Positions 28,566 through 38,824 are shown, counted from the stretch's first letter. The stretch: 38,824 bases of DNA from Gammaproteobacteria bacterium (GCA_947450495.1 CANFVX010000003.1:1-38824); one strand, 5' to 3'. Program-made: numbers and translations. Notes: generated by a model not told the origin, from the letters alone.

Positions 28566-29195
28566 CTATAAGGCCAGGCTGGGCCGCTCGCGGAGCGCAG
28601 CACGCCAGCGCTGCAGGCCTAGATAGTCCTCCGGCACCGAAAGTTTGATCCAGCCCGCAAAGTCCACCACGCAGATGGCGGTGATATCCGCCATCGAAAA
28701 GAAATCCCCGGCCAGATAGCGCGATTCCCGCAGGCGGGTGTCGAGCGTGAGCAGAAACTCTTCGGCCCGGGCGCGGCCGCGTTCCGCGAGTGCCGGGATT
28801 TGGGCGAAATCCTGCGGTCCGGTAATGGCTCGGTTCGCCAGTCCTTTCGAGCGATTGCGAAAACATTCCGCCACCGCCCATAGCCCTTCGAGTTCACAGC
28901 GTGCGTTCCAGTTGGCGACCAGCCCGCGTTCTTGCGGGGTGCGGCCCAGTAGCGGCGGTTCCGGAAATGCCGCTTCGAGATACGCCGCGATACCCTGATT
29001 CTCGGTCAGCGTGGTGCCGTCATCGAGCACCAGCACAGGCACCGTGCAGCGCGGATTAATCGCGCGGAAGGCCGGCGAGAGTTGTTCGTTGGTGGCGAGG
29101 TCGACCTGAATGGTGTCCACATTCAGCCCTTTCTCGGCGATGAAGATGCGCGCCCGGCGAGGGCTGGGCGCGGTTTGGCAGTCGTAGAATTTCAT
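28566..29195 (-). CDS. Glutathione S-transferase family protein
   Basis: APSPRRARIFIAEKG, INP..TVPVL.LDDG..LTE, AGDFFSMADIT. Confidence 0.92.
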   Translation of the reverse strand: MKFYDCQTAPSPRRARIFIAEKGLNVDTIQVDLATNEQLSPAFRAINPRCTVPVLVLDDGTTLTENQGIAAYLEAAFPEPPLLGRTPQERGLVANWNARCELEGLWAVAECFRNRSKGLANRAITGPQDFAQIPALAERGRARAEEFLLTLDTRLRESRYLAGDFFSMADITAICVVDFAGWIKLSVPEDYLGLQRWRAALRERPSLAL

Positions 29196-29233
29196 GGGGG
29201 GCGGGGAACGGCAGGGCGCCGTTCCCCGGTGCC

Positions 29234-30526
29234 TCAGGCGATGAAACGCGGCTTGGTCGCCAGACCCGGACCCGCTTCGCGCTTGGCCACATGGGCGTTG
29301 CCGCCGCGCTTGCTGGGTTCGTCGGTATAGGTCGACATTTCAAGGCGCGCGATCTGGTCGCGATGCACTTCGTCCGGGCCGTCCGCGATGCGGATCAGGC
29401 GGGCGTTGGCATACTGATACGACAGACCATATTCCGCCGACACGCCGGCCGCGCCGAAAGCCTGAATCGCCCAGTCGATGACTTTGCAGGCCATGTTCGG
29501 CACCGCGACCTTGATGCTCGCGATTTCCTTCAGCGCCAGCTTGTTACCCACGGTGTCCATCTTCCATGCGGCATGCAGGGTGAGCAGACGGGCCTGGTCG
29601 ATCATGATGCGGGACTCGGCGATGCGCTCTTTCCACACGCTCTGTTCGGCCACGGTTTTACCGAAGGCCTTGCGCAGACGCAGACGGCGAATCATGCGTT
29701 CCAGCGCGCGTTCAGAGGCGCCAATGAGGCGCATGCAGTGGTGGATACGGCCCGGCCCGAGGCGGCCCTGGGCGATTTCGAACCCACGACCTTCGCCGAG
29801 CAGCAGGTGGTGAACGGGCACGCGCACGTTCTCGAAAATGACTTCCGGATGGCCGTGCGGCGCATCGTCAAAGCCAAACACCGGATGCATGCGCTTGACG
29901 GTCACGCCCGGCCACGGCAGCGGCACCAGAATCTGCGACTGCTGGCGATGACGGCTTGGGTTGTTGGGGTCGGTCTTGCCCATCAGGATCATGATGCGGC
30001 AGCGGGGATCGAGGGCGCCGGAGGTGTACCACTTGCGGCCGTTGATCACGTATTCGTCGCCGTCGCGCACGATGCTGGTTTCGATGTTGGTGGCGTCAGA
30101 CGAAGCCACTTCCGGCTCGGTCATCGCGAAGGCCGAGCGGATTTCGCCGTTCAGCAGCGGCTTCAGCCAGCGTTCTTTGTGTTCTTCGTTGCCGTAGCGC
30201 TCGATGACTTCCATGTTGCCGGTGTCGGGCGCGGAGCAGTTGAAGACTTCGGGCGCGAAAGACGAACGGCCCATTTCTTCGCACAGAGGGGCGTATTCCA
30301 GATTGGTCAGGCCGGCGCCGCGTTCGGATTCAGGCAGGAAGAAGTTCCACAGGCCTTCGCTGCGGGCTTTGTCCTTCAGGGTTTCCAGCATCGGAATCGG
30401 CTGCCAGCGATCGCCATCGGCGATCTCCTGCAGGATCGCTTCTTCGTTCGGGTAGATGTGGGCTTCCATGAAGGCGGCAATGCGCGCCTGCAGTTCCTTC
30501 GTTTTGTCGTTGTATTCAAAGTGCAT
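29234..30526 (-). CDS. Acyl-CoA dehydrogenase (ACAD10/11-like bacterial group)
   Basis: [57 protein letters not shown]; AAGGA RBS before ATG 30526. Confidence 0.95.
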   Translation of the reverse strand: MHFEYNDKTKELQARIAAFMEAHIYPNEEAILQEIADGDRWQPIPMLETLKDKARSEGLWNFFLPESERGAGLTNLEYAPLCEEMGRSSFAPEVFNCSAPDTGNMEVIERYGNEEHKERWLKPLLNGEIRSAFAMTEPEVASSDATNIETSIVRDGDEYVINGRKWYTSGALDPRCRIMILMGKTDPNNPSRHRQQSQILVPLPWPGVTVKRMHPVFGFDDAPHGHPEVIFENVRVPVHHLLLGEGRGFEIAQGRLGPGRIHHCMRLIGASERALERMIRRLRLRKAFGKTVAEQSVWKERIAESRIMIDQARLLTLHAAWKMDTVGNKLALKEIASIKVAVPNMACKVIDWAIQAFGAAGVSAEYGLSYQYANARLIRIADGPDEVHRDQIARLEMSTYTDEPSKRGGNAHVAKREAGPGLATKPRFIA

Positions 30527-30678
30527 GGCTTGTTCCTTGATGAACCCTGTAAGGGCCCGGTTTTGAAGGGACGTGGCTTTCGTTATCGGCAACGCCGAGC
30601 AACGGGTGGGCGGATGCTAGGAACCCGGGCACAATTAGTCCAATCAATTCTCGTGATACCACCGCATAGAAATAAGTG

Positions 30679-31599
30679 ATGAAGCGCGCGCCTCGGGTCG
30701 ACCTCAATCTGTACCGGATTTTTGACGCCATCTACACCGAAGGCAGCCTGACCCGCGCCGGTGAGGTGCTGCACCTCACCCAGCCGGCGGTCAGCAATGC
30801 CTTGTCGCGATTGCGCCTCGCCTATGACGACCCGCTGTTTGTGCGCACCGCCGGCGGCATGGTGCCAACGCCGGCCGCCGAGAGCATCGTGGCCGGCATT
30901 CGCAGCGCGCTACAGCTGCTCGATGAATCCTTGAACGCGCGACTCGCGTTTGACCCACGGGCGGCCAAACGCCGCTTTCGGCTGAGCGCCGGCGACCAGA
31001 CGGCGGCCATGCTGGTGCCGCGACTGCTGCGCAGTATTGCGGCGTATGAGTCGGGGATCGAACTCGAAATCTTGCCCTTGCGGCGGGAGTCAGTGTTGCA
31101 TGAGCTGGCGTCTGGCCAACTCGATTTTGCCTTCGACGCCTTGCCCTTGTCCGACCCGCAGCTGCTGTCGATGAAAGTGCTGGAAGAAGAAATGGTCTGC
31201 GCCGTGCGCGCCGGGCATGTGGCCACGCGCCAGCCCTTTGGTCTGGATGATTACCTCGCGCTTGCTCATGTGCATGCCTCGAGTCGGCGCCAGGGGCCGG
31301 GCCTGATTGACCTCGCGCTTCGGCGTCTTGGTCGCCAGCGGCGGGTGGTTTTGCGCCTGCCGTATCACCTCGGATTACCGCATGTGGTGGCGGCCACGGA
31401 CCTGGCGGCGAGTATCCCCAAGTCGTTGGCGCTGGCCCACGGTCTGCAGGTATTGCCGTTGCCCTTTGACACACCGCCCGTCGACATCCACGCTTTCTGG
31501 CACAAGAGCGCGAATCTTGATGGCGGCAGCCTGTGGGTGCGCGAACTGCTCGGCGCGTTCGGCGGAGCAGGCGTCGTGATCGAGGCTTCAGGAACTTAA
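30679..31599 (+). CDS. LysR-family transcriptional regulator (NodD/DntR-like), divergent from the acyl-CoA dehydrogenase
   Basis: VDLNL..IFDAIY.EGSLTRAG..LHLTQPAVSNALSRLR..YDDPLFVR…M.PTP. Confidence 0.95.
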   Translation: MKRAPRVDLNLYRIFDAIYTEGSLTRAGEVLHLTQPAVSNALSRLRLAYDDPLFVRTAGGMVPTPAAESIVAGIRSALQLLDESLNARLAFDPRAAKRRFRLSAGDQTAAMLVPRLLRSIAAYESGIELEILPLRRESVLHELASGQLDFAFDALPLSDPQLLSMKVLEEEMVCAVRAGHVATRQPFGLDDYLALAHVHASSRRQGPGLIDLALRRLGRQRRVVLRLPYHLGLPHVVAATDLAASIPKSLALAHGLQVLPLPFDTPPVDIHAFWHKSANLDGGSLWVRELLGAFGGAGVVIEASGT

Positions 31600-31723
31600 G
31601 TTAGATGCCGTTAGTTTTGAGCATATCGGCACTGCACAACTGTTCAATGCCGATTCAAGCGATGCGCCGCGAAAGGACGCCAAAGCCATCAAGTTTTATC
31701 GAACGCCGATTTGAGAAGCAGCT

Positions 31724-33514
31724 GTGTTCCAAAGGTTTTTGACATTACTCGCCGCAGGATTGTTGTCCTGCGCTGCTAACGCGACCGATACCACCTTCCA
31801 CTTGCCCGTCGACATCGATGGCAGCGTCCACGGTGTGCTGAGTTTCGGCACCCAGATCCGTCTGGAGAGCCCGAGCCCCGAGGCCTATGGCGATTGGCCA
31901 TCGCGCGTGGTGCGCGGCGTGCCGGCCGGCTATCTGATCGGGCAACACGGTGGCAGCAACCTCAATTTCGAGGCGGGAGACCAAATCTCCACCGTGCTGA
32001 AGGGTGCGGTCGACCTCGATCTCCACCGCGGTGCCGCCGGCATTCTGGTGCGCAGTAATCTCTGGAAAGATTTCGCGCTGGGCGAGCAGGACGTGCGCTA
32101 CGGCAACTTTCCAAATCGCTTCACGCCCGATTCGCCGCTGGCCGATCGGGGCTTCGAGGACAGCGCGCAATTCAGCAGCGCCGAACTCCGCGACGCTTAC
32201 TTCTACAACAGCTTCAAATTGGGTCAGGCGCAAACGCTGGACGTCCGCATCGGGCGCCAGACCATGCAATGGGGTGAAACCCTGTTGTTGCCCAGCGGCC
32301 TGAACGCGGCAATCAATCCCGCCGACTATCCCTCCCAGTTCCGGCCCGGCGCGCTCCCGACCGACAGGATGCTGCCGGTGGGCAGAGCCAGCTTCAAATG
32401 GGCCGAAGGCCAGGTTTGGAGCTTTGAAGGCTTCGCCGATTTTGAATTCCGACGCACCGTGCTGCCGGCCTGCGGTACCTATTTCGACACCGCCTCCTTT
32501 GCGCCACACGGCTGTGATTTTGGCGGTGTGCCCGGTGCGTCCGAGCGACAGTTGCTGGCGCTGGGGAGTTATATCCATCGCCGCCCCGACGTGGACGCCG
32601 ACGACATTGGGGGTTTTGGGCTCGCGCTAGGTGCCCATTCCAGTCTGCTGAATACCGATTTCAAGCTGTACGGCCTCAACACCCCGGCCACCATGCCTAC
32701 GTTCCGGGTGACGGTGGAATCCACCAAACCGGGGCCGCTGGCCGGCACTTACGCCACGCTGTATCCCGAAGATCTGCCGCTGGTGGGTTTGAGTTTCAAA
32801 CACGCGTTCAATCCTGGCGTGAAGCTGTTTGGCGAAGTGGCCTACCGGCCCGATCAGCCGCTCACGCTGAACGTCTTCGATATGTTTGCCGGCTTTGCCA
32901 ATCGCAATCCGCTGTCGATTTTGGCTTTGCGTAAAAACATTCTGGGCATCCCGGTGGGCGGCACCTTCGATGGTTATGACAGCTACGGCGTGGTGACCGG
33001 CAGCCTCGGTACCACCGCCGTCATTCCCGGTCTGTTCCACGCCGAGCGGGCGATATTCGCCGTAGAGGCCGGGTTCAGCCATGTGAATGACTTGCCGGCG
33101 CCGACGCTCATTCGCTATTGGCGCCCGCCGCATTACGGCGGTGCGGCGTATACCGGGCCGGGTGGGGCGCTTACGCCCTGTGTGGATCCGCCGGGACTTG
33201 CCGGCAGAAGCTGCAGCACCGAGGGCTATATTTCAGATTCTGCGGTGGGGCTGAGGGCGCAGGCGTCGGCCAGTTATCCCGGCACGTTGCTGGGCGCGAC
33301 GCTGGTACCGTCCTTGTTAATCACGGCGGATCTGGACGGATTTGCGTTCGACGGCAGCCTCTCGGAAGGCCGCACCATGCTTCGCCCGGCGCTGAAGGCC
33401 GAATGGAGCCAAGAATACTTTCTGGAACTCAGCGCGAACGTCTTTTGTGGCGGGGATTACAATCTGGTCGTTGACCGTGACTATCTGAGCCTGGTGGCCG
33501 GGCTGCGCTTCTAA
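31724..33514 (+). CDS. DUF1302 family outer-membrane (probable beta-barrel) protein
   Basis: Signal peptide, NLNF, ELRDAY, VRIGRQ..QWGE, INP.D..FRPG, GEVAYRPDQPL, C-terminal DRDYLSLVAGLRF ending in Phe. Confidence 0.8.
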   Translation: MFQRFLTLLAAGLLSCAANATDTTFHLPVDIDGSVHGVLSFGTQIRLESPSPEAYGDWPSRVVRGVPAGYLIGQHGGSNLNFEAGDQISTVLKGAVDLDLHRGAAGILVRSNLWKDFALGEQDVRYGNFPNRFTPDSPLADRGFEDSAQFSSAELRDAYFYNSFKLGQAQTLDVRIGRQTMQWGETLLLPSGLNAAINPADYPSQFRPGALPTDRMLPVGRASFKWAEGQVWSFEGFADFEFRRTVLPACGTYFDTASFAPHGCDFGGVPGASERQLLALGSYIHRRPDVDADDIGGFGLALGAHSSLLNTDFKLYGLNTPATMPTFRVTVESTKPGPLAGTYATLYPEDLPLVGLSFKHAFNPGVKLFGEVAYRPDQPLTLNVFDMFAGFANRNPLSILALRKNILGIPVGGTFDGYDSYGVVTGSLGTTAVIPGLFHAERAIFAVEAGFSHVNDLPAPTLIRYWRPPHYGGAAYTGPGGALTPCVDPPGLAGRSCSTEGYISDSAVGLRAQASASYPGTLLGATLVPSLLITADLDGFAFDGSLSEGRTMLRPALKAEWSQEYFLELSANVFCGGDYNLVVDRDYLSLVAGLRF

Positions 33515-35514
33515 TGACCGCGCCCGCCAGCGAGTCCCAAATCCAAACCACGAGTCCGCCGCCGCTCGGGAGAGGGGACGGGGCACCAACCCATCTCCAG
33601 ATTGCGGCTATCGCGCGGGAGTGGGCCGCAGAAATTGGTCAGATTCTGGAGTCGCGCGCGCAACTGACCCGCAGTGGATTGCTGGCCACCTTGGCCATCG
33701 CGGCGGTGATGCTGCTCGTGGTGGGTGCGCACACCTTGTGGATGATCCAGCACGGTTCAAGCGTGATTACCTACCCATGGCCGGCGTTCGCTGGCGGTGT
33801 CGGCGTGCTGGTGATGATGATGGTGGTGGTGCGGAGTGGCATGCCGCATCCGCGGCTCACGCTAATCGCCTACGGGGTGATTGCCGCGGTGCAGATTGCG
33901 GCGGTGGCCGTCAACGGCCTGGCCGCGATTTTGATGGTCGCGGCGACACTGACCTTCTCGCACATCATGCTGACGCCCCCGCGTTCGTTGGTGCTGGGGA
34001 TTGCGCTGATTGTCTTCAGCGGCGTGGCCTTGGTGAGCTTGCATCCCGACACTGCGTCCGAACTCTACCTTCGTGCCTTGGGAAGTCAGGTGTCCATTCT
34101 GCTGTTTATGCAGCTTGCGACCCGATTCTGGGAAAAACTGCTGCGCCGCTTCCACTATCTTGGGCGCGAGATGAGCCGCGTGGTGGCGGAAATGGACATC
34201 GAACTCAACGCCGCCAAGGTGCTGGATGTGGAGTCTCGTTTACCCAACCGGCTGGGCTTTACGCTGGATGCGACCGCCTGGCTGGCGGGAGAGCACGCGC
34301 CGGCGCAGGCCTTGGTCGTGACTTTTAATCTCACCAAGTGGCAGGACTCCATCGCGAGCTTCGGACCCACTGACCAACTTGATTTGCTCAATCAGCTGGT
34401 GGCGCAACTGCGGACAGGTTTTGGCGCAGGCGGGCTGCTGGCGCGCAGTGGCGCCGGCGAGTTCTGGGCCATGCTGCCGGTGACCGAAGGCAGGGAAATC
34501 GACGCTATCCGAACGCTCGAGATTTTGCTGGCCAACCTGCAGCGCCCGCTCACCCAGTTGGCCTTGGCGGCCTTGACCCTGCCCCGTATGGGGTTTAGCC
34601 GATTTCCGCAGGATGCGACCGATATGCCGAGCCTGATGCGCAAGGCAGAGGTGGCGCTGCGCGCGGCTGAGCGAACCTCTGCCGGTCGCGCCTGCGGATT
34701 TCACCCCTCGATGGAACAGCAGGCGAGCGACCGTACCCGCCTCACCCGGGATATTGCCGCGGCGATAAAAACCGATCAATTCGAGCTGTTCTATCAGCCA
34801 ATTCTCAGCGCGGGAGGCGGCCTGTTACTGAAGGCGGAAGGGCTCATCCGCTGGAATCATCCGCAGCGGGGGTTTCTCAACCCCGGCCAGTTCATCCATC
34901 TCGCGGAAGAAAGCGACCTCATTGTGGATTTAACCGAGTGGGTTATCCGCGCGGGGGTTTCTCAGGTGCGGCAATGGCGCGGCACGCTGGACCCGCGCTT
35001 TGAGTTGAGCGTCAATTTGCCGCCCCAATATCTGATGCGCTGTATCGATCCGCACAGCGAATTGCTCCGACGGCTTAGCGAAATAAACGTGCCGCCGGGG
35101 GCGATAGTGCTCGAAATCACCGAGGGGGCGATGCTCAATCTCACGCCGGAGATGTTGCGCGCCCTCAACACACTGCGCGAGATCGGATTCCAGATTGCCT
35201 TGGACGACTTCGGCGTGGGCTATTCCAGTTTCGGCCAACTCGACAAGCTCCCGCTCGATTATCTGAAGCTCGATAAAGCCTTCGTGGATGGGTTGCAGTT
35301 ACGGCCACAGCGCCGAATCGTGCTGGAAGGGATCGTCCAGATGGCGCACGCACTGGGCTTCAAAATCGTCGCCGAAGGCGTGGAATTGGACATCCAACGT
35401 GAATGGCTCACCGCGATGCGCTGCGATTATTTGCAGGGCTACCTGTTCTCCAAGCCCATCCCCGTTGCCGAGCTTGAAGCGATGGTCAAATCCCGCTCGT
35501 CACTCGGCACCTGA
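33514..35514 (+). CDS. Membrane-bound c-di-GMP phosphodiesterase (TM region + degenerate GGDEF + EAL)
   Basis: About 5-6 TM helices; LPNR…LARSGAGEF; YQP, EGLIRW, SVNL, LEITEG, LDDFGVGYSS, LKLD, AEGVE, QGY. Confidence 0.9.
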   Translation: MTAPASESQIQTTSPPPLGRGDGAPTHLQIAAIAREWAAEIGQILESRAQLTRSGLLATLAIAAVMLLVVGAHTLWMIQHGSSVITYPWPAFAGGVGVLVMMMVVVRSGMPHPRLTLIAYGVIAAVQIAAVAVNGLAAILMVAATLTFSHIMLTPPRSLVLGIALIVFSGVALVSLHPDTASELYLRALGSQVSILLFMQLATRFWEKLLRRFHYLGREMSRVVAEMDIELNAAKVLDVESRLPNRLGFTLDATAWLAGEHAPAQALVVTFNLTKWQDSIASFGPTDQLDLLNQLVAQLRTGFGAGGLLARSGAGEFWAMLPVTEGREIDAIRTLEILLANLQRPLTQLALAALTLPRMGFSRFPQDATDMPSLMRKAEVALRAAERTSAGRACGFHPSMEQQASDRTRLTRDIAAAIKTDQFELFYQPILSAGGGLLLKAEGLIRWNHPQRGFLNPGQFIHLAEESDLIVDLTEWVIRAGVSQVRQWRGTLDPRFELSVNLPPQYLMRCIDPHSELLRRLSEINVPPGAIVLEITEGAMLNLTPEMLRALNTLREIGFQIALDDFGVGYSSFGQLDKLPLDYLKLDKAFVDGLQLRPQRRIVLEGIVQMAHALGFKIVAEGVELDIQREWLTAMRCDYLQGYLFSKPIPVAELEAMVKSRSSLGT

Positions 35515-35606
35515 AACTCGTCTCCCCTGCGCCAGCGCGGGGTCGCTTCGGTTACTATCGCCCCGGTTTTGGTTTTCTCACTTTTCGACCTTTCTCCGGG
35601 GGAGCT

Positions 35607-36371
35607 ATGTCACGCGATCATTTCAATCTCGACGGCCGCATTGCGCTGGTGGCCGGCGCCAGCCGCGGTATCGGCGAAGCCATCGCCAAACGTCTGGCCG
35701 AATATGGCGCGACCGTGCTCGTGACCAGCCGCAAGGTGGAAAGCTGTCAGGCCGTGGCCGACGCGATCATCGCCGCCGGCGGCAAGGCCGAAGCGCTGGG
35801 GTGCCACATCGGCGATCTGGCCCAGATTGAGCGCACCTTCCAGCACATCGACGCCCACTATGGTCGCATCGATATTCTGGTGAACAACGCGGCGGCCAAT
35901 CCTTTCTACGGACATATCCTCGATACGCCGGTCTCGGCGTTCGAAAAAACCATCGAAGTGAACATGCGCGGTTACTTCTACATGTCGGTGGAAGCCGGCA
36001 AGCGCATGCGCGAGCAGGGCAAGGGCTCGATCGTGAATGTCGCTTCCGCCAACGGCATCACGCCCGGCGACAAACAGGCCATCTACTCCATGACCAAGGC
36101 GGCGATTCTGAATATGACGCAGGCCTTCGCCAACGAATGCGGGCAGTGGAATATCCGCGTGAATGCGCTGGTACCGGGTGTGACCAAGACCCGCTTCGCG
36201 CAGGCTCTGCACGATGATGAATCCTTCCTCGCCCCGGCGCGCGCCCGCACCCCGCTGGGCCGTTCGGCAGATCCGGAAGAAATGGCCGGCGCGGTGCTTT
36301 ATCTCTGCTCGGACGCCTCCTCCTACACCACCGGCAGTGCCATTACGGTCGACGGTGGGTATCTCGCATGA
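35607..36371 (+). CDS. Short-chain dehydrogenase/reductase
   Basis: GASRGIG, LVNNAA.NP, YSMTK, RVNAL.PG, VDGG. Confidence 0.93.
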   Translation: MSRDHFNLDGRIALVAGASRGIGEAIAKRLAEYGATVLVTSRKVESCQAVADAIIAAGGKAEALGCHIGDLAQIERTFQHIDAHYGRIDILVNNAAANPFYGHILDTPVSAFEKTIEVNMRGYFYMSVEAGKRMREQGKGSIVNVASANGITPGDKQAIYSMTKAAILNMTQAFANECGQWNIRVNALVPGVTKTRFAQALHDDESFLAPARARTPLGRSADPEEMAGAVLYLCSDASSYTTGSAITVDGGYLA

Positions 36372-37141
36372 AGGCGGCGCTCGAGTTTTCCCTGGCTGGC
36401 AAAGTGGTGCTGGTCACCGGTGCGGCGGGCGGCATTGGCCTTGCCGCAGCACAGGCCTTGGCCAGCAGCGGTGCGCGCCTGATGCTGTCGGATGTCGACC
36501 CCGCGCGCGGCGCGAAAGTGCTGGCCGATTTCCATGCGCTGGGTCTTGATGCGCGCTTCACCCCTTGCGACGTCACGCAGGCCGACAGCGTCATCGCGCT
36601 GATCGCAGAGACGGTGGCGCAGTTCGGGCGCATCGACTGCGCGGTGAATAACGCGGGCGTGGAGCATAAACACGCCAAACTCGCCGATCACGATGACGAC
36701 GACTTCGACCGCGCCATCGCGGTCAATTTGAAAGGCGTCTATCTGTGCATGAAGCACGAACTGCGGCAGATGCTGACGCAGGGCGGCGGGGTGATTGTGA
36801 ACGTGGCCTCGGTGGCCGGTTTGGGCGGTGCACCGAATCTGGCGGGTTATGCCGCCAGCAAGCACGGCGTGATGGGACTGACGCGCTCGGCGGCGATTGA
36901 ATACGCCCGTCGCGGGATTCGCGTGAACGCGGTGTGCCCCAGCTTCGTCAATACCGAAATGGTTCAGCGCATGGTCGAGCGCAACCCCGCGCTCGCCGAC
37001 ACCCTCAACAACGCGAGTCCCATGCGCCGCATGGGCGAGCCCGAGGAAATCGGGCGCGCGATTGCGTGGTTGTGTGCGGACGATTCGTCGTTTGTGAATG
37101 GTCAGGGGCTTGCTCTCGATGGCGGGCTTACCGCCTGGTAA
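36368..37141 (+). CDS. Short-chain dehydrogenase/reductase
   Basis: TGAAGGIG, NNAG, YAASKHG, RVNAVCP, LDGG; ATGA overlap with the previous SDR. Confidence 0.93.
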   Translation: MKAALEFSLAGKVVLVTGAAGGIGLAAAQALASSGARLMLSDVDPARGAKVLADFHALGLDARFTPCDVTQADSVIALIAETVAQFGRIDCAVNNAGVEHKHAKLADHDDDDFDRAIAVNLKGVYLCMKHELRQMLTQGGGVIVNVASVAGLGGAPNLAGYAASKHGVMGLTRSAAIEYARRGIRVNAVCPSFVNTEMVQRMVERNPALADTLNNASPMRRMGEPEEIGRAIAWLCADDSSFVNGQGLALDGGLTAW

Positions 37142-37166
37142 TCAGTCGTAACAGGAGAGGTCTGGG

Positions 37167-38824
37167 ATGAGTGTGTTGATTAACCGGCGCGATCTCGATT
37201 TCGTGCTCTATGAACTGCTGAACATCGAGCATCTGGCGCAGACCTCCCGCTACGAAGGTCAGGATCGCGCGCTGTATGAGGCCACGATCGACGCCGCCGA
37301 GACTCTGGCGGAAGAGCAGTTCGCGACCCACGCGGCCGAGTCCGACGAAAACGAGCCGAAGCTCGAAGACGGCAAGGTCAAACTGATTCCCGCCATCAAG
37401 CAAGCCACCGACGCCTACGTCGAGGCCGGCTTTATGGGGATGTCGATGGACGCCGAGGCCGGCGGCATGCAGCTGCCCTGGACGATTGCCCAGGCTTGCG
37501 CCGCGTATTTCTGCGCAGCCAACATCGGCACCATCGCCTATCCGTTCATCACCATTGCGGCGGCCAATCTGCTCAGCAAGTTTGGTTCGGAGGCCCAAAA
37601 GGCCCGCTATCTCGCGCCGCTGGTGGAGGGACGCTTCTTCGGCACGATGGTGTTGTCTGAACCGCAGGCGGGTTCGTCGCTGGCCGACATCCGCACGCGG
37701 GCGGTGCCGACCGATGACGGGCACTACCTCATTACCGGCAACAAGATGTGGACCTCGGCCGCCGACCACGAACTTTCCGAGAACATCATCCACATGGTGT
37801 TGGCGAAAATTCCCGGTGGTCCGCCCGGCGTGAAAGGCATTTCGCTGTTCATCGTGCCCAAGTTTCTGGTGAACGACGATGGCTCGCTGGGCGAGCGCAA
37901 CGACGTGCGGGTGGCCGGTCTCAATCACAAGATGGGCTATCGCGGGACGGTCAACGCGGTGTTCAATCTGGGCGAGCAGGGCGGCGCGAAAGGCTGGTTG
38001 TTGGGCGAAGCCCATCAGGGTCTCAGCTATATGTTCCACATGATGAACGAGGCCCGCGTTGGCGTGGGTTTGGGCGCGGTGGCGCTGGGCTACAGCGGCT
38101 ATCTGCATTCACTTAAATACGCCCGCGAGCGTCCGCAGGGCCGTCATCCGGGCAATAAAGACCCGGCGAGCCCGCAGGTGCCGATCGTTGAGCACGCCGA
38201 TATCCGGCGCCTGTTGCTGGCGCAGAAGGCGGCGGTGGAGGGCGGGCTTGCGCTGGCGCTGTACTGCGCGCAACTGATCGATATCGAACGCACCACCGAG
38301 GACGCCGCCTATCGCGACCGCCTCAATCTGCTGCTCGATCTCCTCACGCCGATCGTGAAATCCTGGCCGAGCGAGTTTTGTCTGGAAGCCAATAAGCACG
38401 CGATTCAGATTCTCGGCGGCTACGGCTACACCCGCGACTATCCGCTGGAACGCCTGTATCGCGATAACCGTCTCAATCCCATCCATGAAGGCGCGCACGG
38501 CATTCACGGGCTCGATCTGCTGGGCCGCAAAGTATCGATGCGCGACGGCGCGGCGCTGGAAGCGCTGTTCGTAGAAATGGAAGCCACGCTGATTCAGGCC
38601 CGCGCGCTGGATTCACTCAGCGAAGCGGTCACCCAGATCGAACAGGCCCGCGACCAGTTGGCCGCCACCACCGCCACGCTGGGCGCGCTGCGTGATGGCG
38701 GCCAGGCGCCGCGCGCGATGGCCAACGCCGGGATTTATCTCGACGTGTTCGGGCATGTGGTGATCGGCTGGCTGTGGCTGCGGATGGCGGTTATCGCCAC
38801 GCAGGAAGCGGCAGAAACGCACGG
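37167..38824 (+). CDS. Long-form acyl-CoA dehydrogenase, 3'-truncated by the window edge
   Basis: Not in the ORF track because it is open at the edge; AGGAG RBS. Reads MSVLINRRDLDFVLYELL, GTMVLSEPQAGSSL, GVKGISLFIVPK, HKMGYRG, MFHMMNEAR, QILGGYGYTRDYP, RLNPIHEG. Confidence 0.93.
   Translation, partial: MSVLINRRDLDFVLYELLNIEHLAQTSRYEGQDRALYEATIDAAETLAEEQFATHAAESDENEPKLEDGKVKLIPAIKQATDAYVEAGFMGMSMDAEAGGMQLPWTIAQACAAYFCAANIGTIAYPFITIAAANLLSKFGSEAQKARYLAPLVEGRFFGTMVLSEPQAGSSLADIRTRAVPTDDGHYLITGNKMWTSAADHELSENIIHMVLAKIPGGPPGVKGISLFIVPKFLVNDDGSLGERNDVRVAGLNHKMGYRGTVNAVFNLGEQGGAKGWLLGEAHQGLSYMFHMMNEARVGVGLGAVALGYSGYLHSLKYARERPQGRHPGNKDPASPQVPIVEHADIRRLLLAQKAAVEGGLALALYCAQLIDIERTTEDAAYRDRLNLLLDLLTPIVKSWPSEFCLEANKHAIQILGGYGYTRDYPLERLYRDNRLNPIHEGAHGIHGLDLLGRKVSMRDGAALEALFVEMEATLIQARALDSLSEAVTQIEQARDQLAATTATLGALRDGGQAPRAMANAGIYLDVFGHVVIGWLWLRMAVIATQEAAETH

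Noticed and set aside
34200-34700. Active diguanylate cyclase
   Set aside because: The signature is GAGEF and the upstream metal-binding DxDxFK motif is replaced by NLTKWQ, so the domain is predicted to be inactive.

Overview
GC-rich (roughly 65% by eye) chromosomal window, most likely from a non-enteric gammaproteobacterium (inferred from the nnr-tsaE-amiB-mutL-miaA-hfq-hflXKC-hisZ-purA synteny). From left to right: (1) a truncated PAS histidine kinase on the minus strand. (2) A plus-strand run of a Ca2+/H+ antiporter, DUF3025, YaiL/DUF2058, YjgA, a stand-alone extended RibA homologue and a signal-peptide-bearing CMD protein. (3) A ~5.3 kb accessory block bracketed by clusters of two REP/MITE-like palindromic repeat families. 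It carries a VPLPA-CTERM-type anchored DUF1566 (C-type-lectin-like) protein and a two-gene molybdo-flavoenzyme with a fused 2Fe-2S/Mo subunit. (4) The SRP RNA followed by ~16.7 kb of co-directional housekeeping genes, dnaX to pdxH. (5) GST, acyl-CoA dehydrogenase and LysR genes, a DUF1302 outer-membrane protein overlapping a membrane GGDEF(degenerate)-EAL gene, two SDRs and a truncated acyl-CoA dehydrogenase. I recognised no CRISPR array, transposase, integrase, tRNA or rRNA. Best leads: a possible remote DGR-type target in the surface-anchored DUF1566 gene, the repeat-flanked cargo next to ffs, a MutL lacking its endonuclease motif, and the DUF1302-EAL pair. All family assignments come from motif recognition, not database searches.
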